This document shows, piece after piece, positions 9,688-19,195 of a stretch of DNA of 48,535 bases. The stretch spans positions 1 to 48,535 of the forward strand of contig JAGOIG010000001.1 of NCBI GenBank assembly GCA_017995735.1, written 5' to 3'. The notes below the pieces were generated by a model. That model did not search any database and was not told the DNA's origin. It saw only the letters and a list, made by a program, of their open reading frames with translations. The position numbers were made by a program, and so were the translations under genes. Each line of letters opens with the position of its first letter. Position 1 is the stretch's first letter. The DNA is from Candidatus Kapaibacterium sp. Its GTDB lineage: Bacteria > Bacteroidota > Ignavibacteria > Kapaibacteriales > UBA2268.

Positions 9688-12177
9688 ATGGGAAAAACTC
9701 AAAATTTACCTAAAAAAAATATTAAGCCTGCTGATAAACCTTTACCTCCGATATTTTCTAATCCTTGGTTTTACATTGTTATTCTCTTCTTGCTTGTTTT
9801 TATCTTTTTATCTCCAGGAATTTTTGGAAACGGATTTAATGCGTCCGATAATTTATCGTGGTTACCTTTCGAGAATTACCTAAAGGAAGCGAAGCGAACA
9901 GGCAATTTTCCTTTGTGGATGCCTTATATATTTAGTGGAATGCCAAGCTTCGCATCTTTTACAGTTACAGGTGATAGAGTGTGGGACTTTATCAGCCGGA
10001 TTTATTTCGGTGTGATTATGGGCTTTAAGTCCGTTTTTGGTTCAGATGGTGCCCGGGTAGCAATGCATTATGTCGTTTATGCAATTGGTATCTTTTTGTT
10101 AATGCGTTCCAAAAAGCATACTCATTTAGTTTCCTTTATTACTGCCTGTGCAGCAGTGCTTTCAACGGGAATAATTATCTGGATTATGATTGGGCATAAT
10201 TCAAAACCTGTCGCATTTTCAATGATCCCTTGGGTATTTTTGTTTATGGAAAAATTGATTCAAAAATTTTCCCTACTCTGGTCCTCGTTGCTGGTTCTTG
10301 CTATTCATATATTATTTGAATCCACTCATGTCCAGTTGATTTTCTATGCAGGATTGGCATTTGGATTATATTTAATCTATGAGCTAATTGCTCGATTGAT
10401 TACAAAAAATAAACCTTTGAACGCACTTATTCCTGCTGCCACTCTTATAGTAGCAACAGCATTAGCTTTTATGCTCTCTGCCGACAGATATTTGAGTATA
10501 TGGGAATATACTCCATATTCGGTCAGAGGTAGTGCACCCTTACTTCAAGATGCTCAACAAAAGCAGACACGCTCCGGTGGAAATGATTATGATTATGCAA
10601 CAATGTGGTCATTTTCGCCTGAAGAAACAATAACCTTCTTTGTACCAAATTATTTTGGATTTGGCAAAATGGACTATGAGGGACCGTTAACAGGAAATCG
10701 CGAGGTAAAAATACCAACTTATTGGGGGCAAAAGCCATTCGAGGATGCTGCGCCATATATGGGAATAATTGTAATTGTATTTGCCGCAGTAGGTGCATGG
10801 AAATGTCGAAAAGATGTTTTTGTGCAGTTCCTTGTATTTCTAAGCCTATTTGCCTGGATATTATCATTTGGACGGAATTTCCCAATTCTCTATGATTTCT
10901 TTTATTATAATGTTCCATTTTTCAATAAATTCCGTGCTCCAAGTATGGTGTTGGCTTTAATGAATTTTGCTGTTCCTGTTCTTGCGGGATATGGCATTTC
11001 TGCTATTATTCAAATGTATAAAGAAAATCAAGCTGAAAGCAAAAAAACAAGTGTATATTTAATTGTATTTTCCTTCCTTTTTCTTTTAATTGGATTGATT
11101 ATTTCGGGAATTTTTAAAGAATCATATTACGATGCAATGCGTGCAAGCCAAAGCTTGCGATTACCAGAAGATTTTTATGATTTTATATGGAATGCAATGC
11201 TTTCTGATTGGTACATAAATGCATTTTTGCTGATTATTGCATCCCTTTTGACATATATGCTTGCTAAAAATAAATTAAAATTAAATACATTCCTTTTTGC
11301 AATTTTAATTCTTATTGTATTTGATTTGTGGAGAGTGGATAAGCGTCCTATGGAAATTGCCGAGCAACCATTAGAAAAAATCGCTTTTCCTGATGATGAT
11401 GTTTATGCTTTCATAAAACAAGATAAAAGCTTTTATCGAATTGCTGATTTCGCATCTGCTTCTCCTAATATTTCAGTAAATTATTTAATGAATAATGTAA
11501 ATGGTTATCATGCGGCTAAATTGCGTGTATATCAAGATATGCTTGATGCAACCTCAAATGGTTCAACAAATAATGTTGCAAGTCCATTTATGTGGAACTT
11601 GCTTGGTGTTAAATATATAATTTCAAAAGAAGATGTGGGCGTTCCCCCAATTTACAAATCACAACGTACCGGAACACAGGTTGTTTATAATCCATCATAT
11701 TTCCCTGCTGCATTTTTCATTGATACTCTTGAGATTGCAAAAAATGTTGATATACTAATGCATTTACGAAATAAGGATTTCGATTCGAGGAAAAAGGCGT
11801 ATTTGATGAAGCCGTTAAATAAGAAAATCGATTTGCCATCTGCTATGGATTCAGCTATTGTTGTGAAATATCAGAATGAAGATATTGTATATAAAGTTAA
11901 TTCCAGTGGAAATTGTTTCTTGCTTATTTCTGAGGTATATTATCCCGATTGGCATGCATATCTGGATGGGAAAGAAATTCCAATTTATCAAACAAATTAC
12001 TTTATGCGAGGTGTGATTGTCCCAGAAGGCACACATAATTTGGAACTTAAATTCTATTCTAAAGAATTCCAAACGGGTAAAACATTAAGTTTATCATCCA
12101 ATATCTTATTGGCATTATTATTAGCATTATCAATATTTTTTGAAGTAAAAAATTCAAAGAAAAATAAAAATGAGTAA
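9688..12177 (+). CDS. YfhO-family polytopic membrane protein (putative glycosyl/lipid-linked sugar transferase)
   Basis: About 830 aa with many TM helices in the first two thirds, a large C-terminal extracytoplasmic domain and a terminal TM, which is YfhO-like architecture. Start set to ATG 9688; the ORF track starts at TTG 9655. Confidence 0.6.
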   Translation: MGKTQNLPKKNIKPADKPLPPIFSNPWFYIVILFLLVFIFLSPGIFGNGFNASDNLSWLPFENYLKEAKRTGNFPLWMPYIFSGMPSFASFTVTGDRVWDFISRIYFGVIMGFKSVFGSDGARVAMHYVVYAIGIFLLMRSKKHTHLVSFITACAAVLSTGIIIWIMIGHNSKPVAFSMIPWVFLFMEKLIQKFSLLWSSLLVLAIHILFESTHVQLIFYAGLAFGLYLIYELIARLITKNKPLNALIPAATLIVATALAFMLSADRYLSIWEYTPYSVRGSAPLLQDAQQKQTRSGGNDYDYATMWSFSPEETITFFVPNYFGFGKMDYEGPLTGNREVKIPTYWGQKPFEDAAPYMGIIVIVFAAVGAWKCRKDVFVQFLVFLSLFAWILSFGRNFPILYDFFYYNVPFFNKFRAPSMVLALMNFAVPVLAGYGISAIIQMYKENQAESKKTSVYLIVFSFLFLLIGLIISGIFKESYYDAMRASQSLRLPEDFYDFIWNAMLSDWYINAFLLIIASLLTYMLAKNKLKLNTFLFAILILIVFDLWRVDKRPMEIAEQPLEKIAFPDDDVYAFIKQDKSFYRIADFASASPNISVNYLMNNVNGYHAAKLRVYQDMLDATSNGSTNNVASPFMWNLLGVKYIISKEDVGVPPIYKSQRTGTQVVYNPSYFPAAFFIDTLEIAKNVDILMHLRNKDFDSRKKAYLMKPLNKKIDLPSAMDSAIVVKYQNEDIVYKVNSSGNCFLLISEVYYPDWHAYLDGKEIPIYQTNYFMRGVIVPEGTHNLELKFYSKEFQTGKTLSLSSNILLALLLALSIFFEVKNSKKNKNE

Positions 12178-12970
12178 AAGTTTTAAAATTATGGGAATTT
12201 TAAATGTCACCCCCGATTCTTTTTCAGATGGGGGTGATTTTTTAAATATACAAGACGCAATGAATCACGTCGAAGATATGATAAATAATGGCGCTGATAT
12301 AATTGATGTTGGGGGAGAAAGCACACGCCCAAATTCAGAAGAAATCACCGCACAAGAAGAAATTCTGCGGGCAATTCCTGTAATTGAGGAAATTCATAGA
12401 AATTTTCCTGATATTACAATTTCTATAGATACAACTAAATATGCAGTTGCACTCGCAGCTTTGGATAATGGTGCTACAATTGTTAATGATATTTCGGGGT
12501 TGGGAAATGATCCAAAAATTGCCGAACTTGTTGCTCGATTCAATGCTGGATTGATAATTATGCATATTCAAGGAAACCCAAAAACAATGCAATTAAACCC
12601 TCAATATAACAATGTCGTGGAAGAAGTATTTATAAGTTTAAAATCAAAAATTGGACTTGCACGTCGCATTGGAGCCGAAAATATTTGGGCTGATGTTGGT
12701 ATTTGCTTTGGCAAAACTCTTGAACATAATCTTGAGCTATTAAGAAATCTTGATTATTTTCATAAGCTTGATGTTCCACTTGCATTAGGCATTTCGCGAA
12801 AGTCTTTTATTGGAAAAATATTAAATATTGATGATGCAAAACAACGCGATGTCGCAACAGCACTTTTACATTCTCTTTTGATTAATAAAAATATAGATAT
12901 TATACGTGTTCACAATGTTAAATATCTAAATCAATTAAGAATATTGAATGAAATAATAAATAATAAATAA
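12170..12970 (+). CDS. folP: Dihydropteroate synthase
   Basis: GILNVTPDSFSDGG, DIIDVGGESTRP, ISIDT, NDISG and GISRKSF motifs. Overlaps the upstream gene by 8 nt. Confidence 0.95.
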   Translation: MSKSFKIMGILNVTPDSFSDGGDFLNIQDAMNHVEDMINNGADIIDVGGESTRPNSEEITAQEEILRAIPVIEEIHRNFPDITISIDTTKYAVALAALDNGATIVNDISGLGNDPKIAELVARFNAGLIIMHIQGNPKTMQLNPQYNNVVEEVFISLKSKIGLARRIGAENIWADVGICFGKTLEHNLELLRNLDYFHKLDVPLALGISRKSFIGKILNIDDAKQRDVATALLHSLLINKNIDIIRVHNVKYLNQLRILNEIINNK

Positions 12971-13010
12971 CCAGATATTTATTATTAAATAGAAAAATTT
13001 ATTTTTAAAA

Positions 13011-14018
13011 TTATAGGAACTTCATCAAATCAGCCATATTATCAGGGCTACCTAAAAATAATGGAGTCCGACAATGTATACCTGGAGGCTCAATGTCCAG
13101 GATATTCTGATTTCCATCAATTGAAATACCACCTGCTTGCTCGATAACAAAGGATAGAGGATTTGCTTCATAAACAAGGCGTAATTTACCATTGGGATGT
13201 GTTTTATCCTTAGGATAAAGAAATATACCACCTGCAATTAAAGTCCGGTGAAAATCAGCAATTAAAGTGCCGACATAACGAGTTGACATTGGATAGTACC
13301 CGTTGTCATTTGGAGTTTTAATAAAATCAACGAAATTTTGAATATTGTTATCCCAATAAGGATAGTATCCTTCATTGACACTATAATATGGGCCGCGTCG
13401 AGGAATACGAATATTTTGCCTACTTAATAGAAATTCACCTATAGTAGGATCGTACGTAAAAGAATGAACACCATTACCCGTTGTATAAACAAGTACAGTT
13501 GAACTCCCATAAAGAGCATATCCACCTGCAATAAGATTACGTCCCTTTTGCAAAACATCACTTTTTGAAAATGGGGCTAGTGGAGATTCTTGTCTTCTGT
13601 AAATTCCGAAAATTGTACCAATAGTAATATTTAGATTAATATTTGAACTTCCATCAAGTGGGTCCAAAAGGATAATATATTTTTTATCTTTATCGGTGCC
13701 GACAACTGTTATTTCTTGATCCTCTTCGGTTGCAATTGCGCAGACGTGTCCGCCTTGTATTAAAGATTTCTTGATAATTTCATTAGAATAAATGTCCAAT
13801 TTCTGCTGACTTTCGCCATGAACATTTATCGTATCAGTAAGACCAAGTATGTCATTAACACCTGCACGTCGTACTTCGCGTGATATAATTCTGATTGCAA
13901 GCATTAAATCGTGCAATAATGAAGTAAATTCACCTGTCGCTTCAGGGTGCATACTCTCTTCCGCTGCAATATGGTGATCAACTGTAGTTAATGATTGTAA
14001 ATTGGAATTTTCTGCCAT
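13011..14018 (-). CDS. fbp: Fructose-1,6-bisphosphatase class 1
   Basis: DPLDGSSN metal-binding motif, GYALYGSST, KLRLVYEANP, 335 aa. Confidence 0.95.
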   Translation of the reverse strand: MAENSNLQSLTTVDHHIAAEESMHPEATGEFTSLLHDLMLAIRIISREVRRAGVNDILGLTDTINVHGESQQKLDIYSNEIIKKSLIQGGHVCAIATEEDQEITVVGTDKDKKYIILLDPLDGSSNINLNITIGTIFGIYRRQESPLAPFSKSDVLQKGRNLIAGGYALYGSSTVLVYTTGNGVHSFTYDPTIGEFLLSRQNIRIPRRGPYYSVNEGYYPYWDNNIQNFVDFIKTPNDNGYYPMSTRYVGTLIADFHRTLIAGGIFLYPKDKTHPNGKLRLVYEANPLSFVIEQAGGISIDGNQNILDIEPPGIHCRTPLFLGSPDNMADLMKFL

Positions 14019-14052
14019 AATAGAATTCTCAATAAATGTTTAAAATTACTTA

Positions 14053-14060
14053 CAAAATTA
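14053..14060 (-). promoter_or_regulatory. Candidate -7 promoter element TAATTTTG for fbp
   Basis: Exact TAATTTTG on the minus strand, 34 nt upstream of the fbp ATG (14018). Confidence 0.35.
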
Positions 14061-14153
14061 AACAAAATCTTAACATAAAAAAAATACTTCTTTTGTTTTG
14101 CCAATAGGCAAGAATTGAGTAATTTGCTTTTTTAAAAAATTTAATTTTAAAAA

Positions 14154-14510
14154 ATGTTCGCAACTTATCTCTCTATTATAATAATGGTCATTGCAGGAAT
14201 TGCGGTTGCTGCTATTTTTCTTGCACTTTCTGCATGGTTTGGTGCAAAAAGAACTACACCTGAAAAGCTAACTACTTACGAAAGTGGAGTTGAGCCTGTA
14301 GGTACTGCTCGAAAACGATTTAATGTTCGTTTCTATATGGTTGCCGTTAGTTTTATAATTTTTGACATATACGTTATTTTTCTCTATCCATGGGCAGTTC
14401 AGGCATCTAATTTAGGGGTTATTCCTTTCGTTGGAGTCTTAATATTTATTGCAATTTTATTATGTGCTTATCTATTTGAATTAAAGAAAGGAGGTTTCGA
14501 ATGGGATTAA
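14154..14510 (+). CDS. nuoA: NADH-quinone oxidoreductase subunit A
   Basis: 118 aa, three TM helices, conserved YESG motif (TYESGVEP) and [11 protein letters not shown]. Confidence 0.9.
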   Translation: MFATYLSIIIMVIAGIAVAAIFLALSAWFGAKRTTPEKLTTYESGVEPVGTARKRFNVRFYMVAVSFIIFDIYVIFLYPWAVQASNLGVIPFVGVLIFIAILLCAYLFELKKGGFEWD

Positions 14511-15115
14511 ATGATCAATTGCAGAATATGGGCTTTTTGACAACTTCTATAAATGCTATTATTAATTGGGCACAGAAAAATTCTGCCTGGCCTAATCCGC
14601 TTGGATTGTCTTGCTGCGGGATTGAAATGATGGCATTCGCTGCATCGCGATTTGATGTTGCACGATTTGGTAGTGAGGTCTTCCGTATGACTCCCCGTCA
14701 ATCAGATGTATTGATTGTTGCTGGTACAACAACTTACAAAATGTCGTGGCCTGTGCGAAAGCTTTATGACCAAATGGTAGATCCTAAATGGGTAATTGCA
14801 ATGGGTGCCTGTTCTTCATCAGGTGGAATGTTTAGAAGTTATTCTGTTGTGCAAGGTGTCGATCAATTTTTGCCTGTCGATGTTTATGTTTCAGGTTGTC
14901 CTCCACGCCCCGAAAATTTAATTATGGCACTTATGGCAATCCAAGATAAAATTGGAAAACAACGTCCCGATATAGTGAATTTTGGCAAAAACGTTTCACG
15001 AACACCTAAGCAAGAAAGATGGTATTCTCCATTTGCCTTTGACCCAACTCGGAAAGAAGTAATTACAGGTAAAACTATTAGAGAAGTAGAAGAAAAAATT
15101 AAAGATCGACATTAA
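14501..15115 (+). CDS. nuoB: NADH-quinone oxidoreductase subunit B
   Basis: N2-cluster cysteines in [17 protein letters not shown] and [16 protein letters not shown] Shine-Dalgarno upstream. 10-nt overlap with nuoA. Confidence 0.95.
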   Translation: MGLNDQLQNMGFLTTSINAIINWAQKNSAWPNPLGLSCCGIEMMAFAASRFDVARFGSEVFRMTPRQSDVLIVAGTTTYKMSWPVRKLYDQMVDPKWVIAMGACSSSGGMFRSYSVVQGVDQFLPVDVYVSGCPPRPENLIMALMAIQDKIGKQRPDIVNFGKNVSRTPKQERWYSPFAFDPTRKEVITGKTIREVEEKIKDRH

Positions 15116-15209
15116 TATAATATTTATAAATAATATTATTTTAAATTAATTAATTTCTATTCAATTTCTTTATCTTTTTTAGATATTTTCAAGTGTGGGA
15201 GTTTGTGTG

Positions 15210-15944
15210 TTATTTCATTAAAATAAACAAGCCCATCCTTCCCGATTTTTCTTTTTCTCTTCTGTAAGAATGATAATTATTATTACTTATTGTAGATATT
15301 CTATTGAATTCGATGTTTTTGGCGGGTATTCCATTTGATAAAAGTTCATCAAATACTGCTCCACCTAAATCAAATAAGTATTTGCTTCTTTCAATTTGTC
15401 TGATATGATTAGGGAAATATTGTGCAACATCAGCACCTATTTCATAATCATTTTCACCTGCGCAAGGGCTTATATATACTAAAATATCATTTGGATTTGA
15501 ATCGTATTGATTTTGTAATATCGAAATAGCTTTGCTTGTAATTTTATGTTTTGTCCCACGCCATCCCGAATGAACTGCTGATATTATTTTATTATTTTTA
15601 TCGTACATCAGTATTCCACAACAATCGGCAAGCGATAGAACTAATCCTAATTTAATTTTATTAGTAATAACCCCGTCAGCATCTATATTATTTTTTGCAT
15701 TATTGTGAATAATTTCAACTTTATCGCTATGTGTTTGATGTAAAAATATCATATTTTGATAATCAATATCAAGTTCATTAGCAAGCAATTGTCTAAAATA
15801 TTCAATCTCTTGAAGCGTATAATTTAAAGCTTTATTAATTGAAAAACCATTTGGGGGAAAATTTTCTAAATTTTTCAAAGTCAATCCTGCAATTATATTA
15901 TCTGGAAAAATATTTGGTTTCTCAATTTCAATTTTATTTGTCAT
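15210..15944 (-). CDS. pgeF: Peptidoglycan editing factor PgeF / YfiH (laccase-domain, DUF152) protein
   Basis: LHQTHSDKV, ADCCGILM and SAVHSGWRGT motifs typical of the YfiH family, 244 aa. Confidence 0.85.
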   Translation of the reverse strand: MTNKIEIEKPNIFPDNIIAGLTLKNLENFPPNGFSINKALNYTLQEIEYFRQLLANELDIDYQNMIFLHQTHSDKVEIIHNNAKNNIDADGVITNKIKLGLVLSLADCCGILMYDKNNKIISAVHSGWRGTKHKITSKAISILQNQYDSNPNDILVYISPCAGENDYEIGADVAQYFPNHIRQIERSKYLFDLGGAVFDELLSNGIPAKNIEFNRISTISNNNYHSYRREKEKSGRMGLFILMK

Positions 15945-15952
15945 AGATTATT

Positions 15953-15960
15953 TAATTTTG
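15953..15960 (+). promoter_or_regulatory. Candidate -7 promoter element TAATTTTG for ychF
   Basis: Exact TAATTTTG 28 nt upstream of the ATG at 15989. Confidence 0.35.
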
Positions 15961-15988
15961 TTTTTGTTAGTTTTAAATTTATAAAATT

Positions 15989-17071
15989 ATGCAAATTGGA
16001 ATAATTGGTTATCCTTATTCTGGGAAAACTACCCTTTTTGAAACTATTGCAGCGATTCATGAGGATTCGCAGCACCAAAAAAAGGATGAAAATCGTGCTG
16101 TGATAAAAGTTCCTGATGAACGCTTAGATATATTGACAAAATTGTTTCAACCAAAGCGACAAGTTAATGCAACAATTGAAATAGTAGATTTTGCAGGGCT
16201 TCAATATTCAGAAAAGAAGGGTGAGATCTTTACTCCTCAATTTATAGCAAAAATCAAAACTGTTGATGCTCTGCTGCATGTAGTTCGTGGTTTTGATGAC
16301 TCAAATGTGCCATTTTATACAGATGAAATTAATATGGAAAGGGATATTCAAAATATTGAAGATGAACTTATTTTCGCAGATTTGATTTTTGTTGAAAATA
16401 GAATTAACAAATTGCAAAATGAACTGAAAAAGCAAAGAAATCACGAAGAAATGGAAAAAGAACTTCTTACAATGCAAATCTGGAAAGAAAATCTTGAAAA
16501 TAGTATTCCTCTGCGTGAATTAGTTTTTGATGAAAATGCAATGAAATATATTGTAAATTATCAACCGTTATCATATAAACCACTTTTAATTGCATTAAAC
16601 CTTAGCGAAGATATGGTCGAAACGCAAGAACAAATTATTAATGATATTCGTTCAAAATTTTCATCTCAGCAGATTGCAATTCTCCCATTTTTCGCAAAAA
16701 TTGAAATGGAACTTTCACAATTGGATGAAGAAGAAAAGCAAATGTTTATGCAAGAGTATGGGCTTGCAGTCTCTCCTCTAAATCGTCTTATACAAAGTGC
16801 ATACAATTTGCTAGGCTTGCAATCATTCTTCACAGTTGGTGAAGATGAAACACGCAGCTGGACAATCAAGAAAGGGATGAATGCACAACAAGCTGCGGGT
16901 GTAATCCATACAGATTTTTATAATAAATTCATAAGAGCAGAAGTTGTGCACTGCGACCATCTTATTCAAGAAGGTACTATTGCAAAATGTAGAGAGAAGG
17001 GTTATCTTCGACTGGAAGGCAAGGATTATATTGTTAAAGATGGTGATATTTTAAATATTCGACATAGTTAA
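15989..17071 (+). CDS. ychF: Ribosome-binding ATPase YchF
   Basis: P-loop GIIGYPYSGKTTLF, VDFAGL, C-terminal TGS-like region with IHTDFYNKFIRAEV, 360 aa. Confidence 0.95.
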   Translation: MQIGIIGYPYSGKTTLFETIAAIHEDSQHQKKDENRAVIKVPDERLDILTKLFQPKRQVNATIEIVDFAGLQYSEKKGEIFTPQFIAKIKTVDALLHVVRGFDDSNVPFYTDEINMERDIQNIEDELIFADLIFVENRINKLQNELKKQRNHEEMEKELLTMQIWKENLENSIPLRELVFDENAMKYIVNYQPLSYKPLLIALNLSEDMVETQEQIINDIRSKFSSQQIAILPFFAKIEMELSQLDEEEKQMFMQEYGLAVSPLNRLIQSAYNLLGLQSFFTVGEDETRSWTIKKGMNAQQAAGVIHTDFYNKFIRAEVVHCDHLIQEGTIAKCREKGYLRLEGKDYIVKDGDILNIRHS

Positions 17072-17126
17072 TTTTATGGTGTAGCAATTATCCAGAATTC
17101 TAATTAATTTAATAATTTAAAAATTG

Positions 17127-17966
17127 ATGAAATTAATATATTATTCAATTCTTGCTGTATCAATAATTTGTATCTATTCTTGTAATTCAAATTCAAAGAA
17201 AATTGAGCAAACAAATAACTCGCAGCATATCGCAACATCGCAAAATCCATCAAGTGAAACTACAACAAGTAATATTAGCAAAAAAGTGGAATTTGAAATT
17301 ATAAAAAAATATCCTCATAATAAAGATGCATATACTCAAGGCTTGATTTTCTATGGTGGTTATCTATATGAAAGTACAGGCTTATATGGTCATTCTTCTT
17401 TAAGAAAAGTAAATATTAAAGATGGAAAAGTTCTAAAGCAAATTAACCTTTTACCTCTTTATTTTGGTGAAGGTATTACATTGCTTGCAGATAAAATATA
17501 TCAACTTACTTGGGAAAATCATAAAGGGTTTATTTATAATTTGGATTTTGAAAAATTAGGTGAATTTTCATATCCTGGCGAAGGGTGGGGAATTACAAAT
17601 GACGGGAAATCTCTGATTATTAGTGATGGCTCAAATTATCTTTCATTTTACGACCCCTCATCTATGAATATTATAAAAACGATATCAGTTGAAGATAATA
17701 ATACACCTATATTCAATTTAAATGAATTGGAATGGGTCGATGGATTGATTTATGCTAATGTCTATATGCAAGACGAAATCATAGCTATAAATCCCGATAA
17801 TGGGAAGGTAGTCTACTCGTTCGATGTTTCTGAATTAAGATCTGCCCTTGATGATCAGACAAATGCTGAAGTTTCAAATGGAATTGCTTATAATCCCTCG
17901 ACAAAATCATTTTTTCTCACAGGTAAGTACTGGCCAAATTTATTTGAAGTAAAAATAAAAAAGTAG
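17127..17966 (+). CDS. Glutaminyl-peptide cyclotransferase (plant/bacterial beta-propeller type), lipoprotein
   Basis: Lipobox-like IYSC after the signal peptide. YTQGLIFYGGYLYESTGLYGHSSLRKV is the hallmark glutamine cyclotransferase N-terminal motif, and NELEWVDGLIYANV is also present. ATG at 17127; the ORF track starts at TTG 17124. Confidence 0.85.
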   Translation: MKLIYYSILAVSIICIYSCNSNSKKIEQTNNSQHIATSQNPSSETTTSNISKKVEFEIIKKYPHNKDAYTQGLIFYGGYLYESTGLYGHSSLRKVNIKDGKVLKQINLLPLYFGEGITLLADKIYQLTWENHKGFIYNLDFEKLGEFSYPGEGWGITNDGKSLIISDGSNYLSFYDPSSMNIIKTISVEDNNTPIFNLNELEWVDGLIYANVYMQDEIIAINPDNGKVVYSFDVSELRSALDDQTNAEVSNGIAYNPSTKSFFLTGKYWPNLFEVKIKK

Positions 17967-17973
17967 ATTAATA

Positions 17974-18864
17974 CTAATATCCGAATGATTTTAAATATGT
18001 AGTATTATCGCGCCAGTTTTCACGTACTTTTACGAATAATTCAAGATAGATAGGAGCACCAAGAAAATCTTCGATTTCTTTGCGAGCAATTGTGCCAATT
18101 TCCTTAATCATTTCTCCATTGCTTCCAATTATGATTTGCTTTTGAGTTGGTCTTTCGCAAATAATACTTGCATTAATAAACCATTTGCCTTTTTGTCTTT
18201 CTTTAAATTCTTCAATTTGAACTTCTGTTGAATATGGGAGTTCTTGCGAGAGCTTATTGAATAGAACTTGGCGTATGATTTCTGCAGAAAAAAACTTTTC
18301 GTTCAATGTACTTATAGAATCTGGATCGTAGTAAAAGTCGTGGTAGGGAAGATATGATACAATAGTTTTTTCTAATTCATCAAGATTTTCACCCGTTAAA
18401 GCTGAGATAGGTATAATTTCATTAAAATCATCTATTTGATTGATTTTGTCTAACACAGGAATAATATGAGTTTTATTTTTTGCTAAATCAATTTTATTTA
18501 GCAAAGCAAATTTTGGCACTGTAATATTTTTGAAAAGCAGTTCATATTGTTCGGGAAAGAAATCAGTTCTATTCTGATTATCAAAATCGAAAATCATAAG
18601 AATTAAATCTGCTGAAGCAATGCTTTGAGGAATATAGTTCATCATTATCTCTTGGAGCTTATATTGAGGAATTATAATTCCTGGTGTGTCAAGAAATACA
18701 ATTTGAAAATCTTCTTTTGTAAGAATACCTACAATTTCTCTGCGTGTTGTTTGTGGCTTTGAAGAAACAATTGAAATATTAGCGCCAATTAACTTGTTAG
18801 TCAGCTTCGATTTTCCAACATTTGGATTGCCAATAATGGCGACAAATCCAGCTTTTGTGGGCAT
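17974..18864 (-). CDS. era: GTPase Era
   Basis: G1 GNPNVGKS, G3 DTPG, G4 NKID, C-terminal KH domain (IICERPTQKQIIIGSNG). Start abuts the upstream stop (TAGATG). Confidence 0.95.
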   Translation of the reverse strand: MPTKAGFVAIIGNPNVGKSKLTNKLIGANISIVSSKPQTTRREIVGILTKEDFQIVFLDTPGIIIPQYKLQEIMMNYIPQSIASADLILMIFDFDNQNRTDFFPEQYELLFKNITVPKFALLNKIDLAKNKTHIIPVLDKINQIDDFNEIIPISALTGENLDELEKTIVSYLPYHDFYYDPDSISTLNEKFFSAEIIRQVLFNKLSQELPYSTEVQIEEFKERQKGKWFINASIICERPTQKQIIIGSNGEMIKEIGTIARKEIEDFLGAPIYLELFVKVRENWRDNTTYLKSFGY

Positions 18865-19170
18865 CTAATCTTGCTTTTTCAAATATGATTTGAAAATACC
18901 GAAGGGTAAAATTACACAATAACCCAAAACAAGTAAAATTGGTGCAACAATAACAGCAAATGGATTGTTCCATTTACCTTGTGGCAAAGCGGGTTGTTCA
19001 GTAATTCCCGTTGACATTAAAATATAACCTAGAACAATTACGCCAAGTCCTATTGCCATAATAATATAGTTCTGCTTTGTCCAGGGCATAAGCCATTGAA
19101 CTCGTTTTTTTACAGGCTTTTTTGCTGAGGATGAAGTTGGTCTTCGATATGTTGAGGTTGTCTTTGTCAT
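18865..19170 (-). CDS. Small two-TM membrane protein (DUF3098-like)
   Basis: 101 aa, basic N-terminus, two hydrophobic helices (NYIIMAIGLGVIVLGYILMS; FAVIVAPILLVLGYCVIL) resembling DUF3098 of Bacteroidota. Directly coupled to era. Confidence 0.45.
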   Translation of the reverse strand: MTKTTSTYRRPTSSSAKKPVKKRVQWLMPWTKQNYIIMAIGLGVIVLGYILMSTGITEQPALPQGKWNNPFAVIVAPILLVLGYCVILPFGIFKSYLKKQD

Positions 19171-19187
19171 AATATTTTCTTTTTTTA

Positions 19188-19195
19188 CAAAATTA
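19188..19195 (-). promoter_or_regulatory. Candidate -7 promoter element TAATTTTG for the DUF3098-era pair
   Basis: Exact TAATTTTG on the minus strand in the 25-nt gap after the upstream gene's stop codon, 17 nt before the ATG at 19170. Confidence 0.3.

Noticed and set aside
10523-10918. 131-aa antisense ORF inside the YfhO-like gene
   Set aside because: It is wholly antisense to a long, continuous membrane-protein ORF, with no motifs and no upstream signals.
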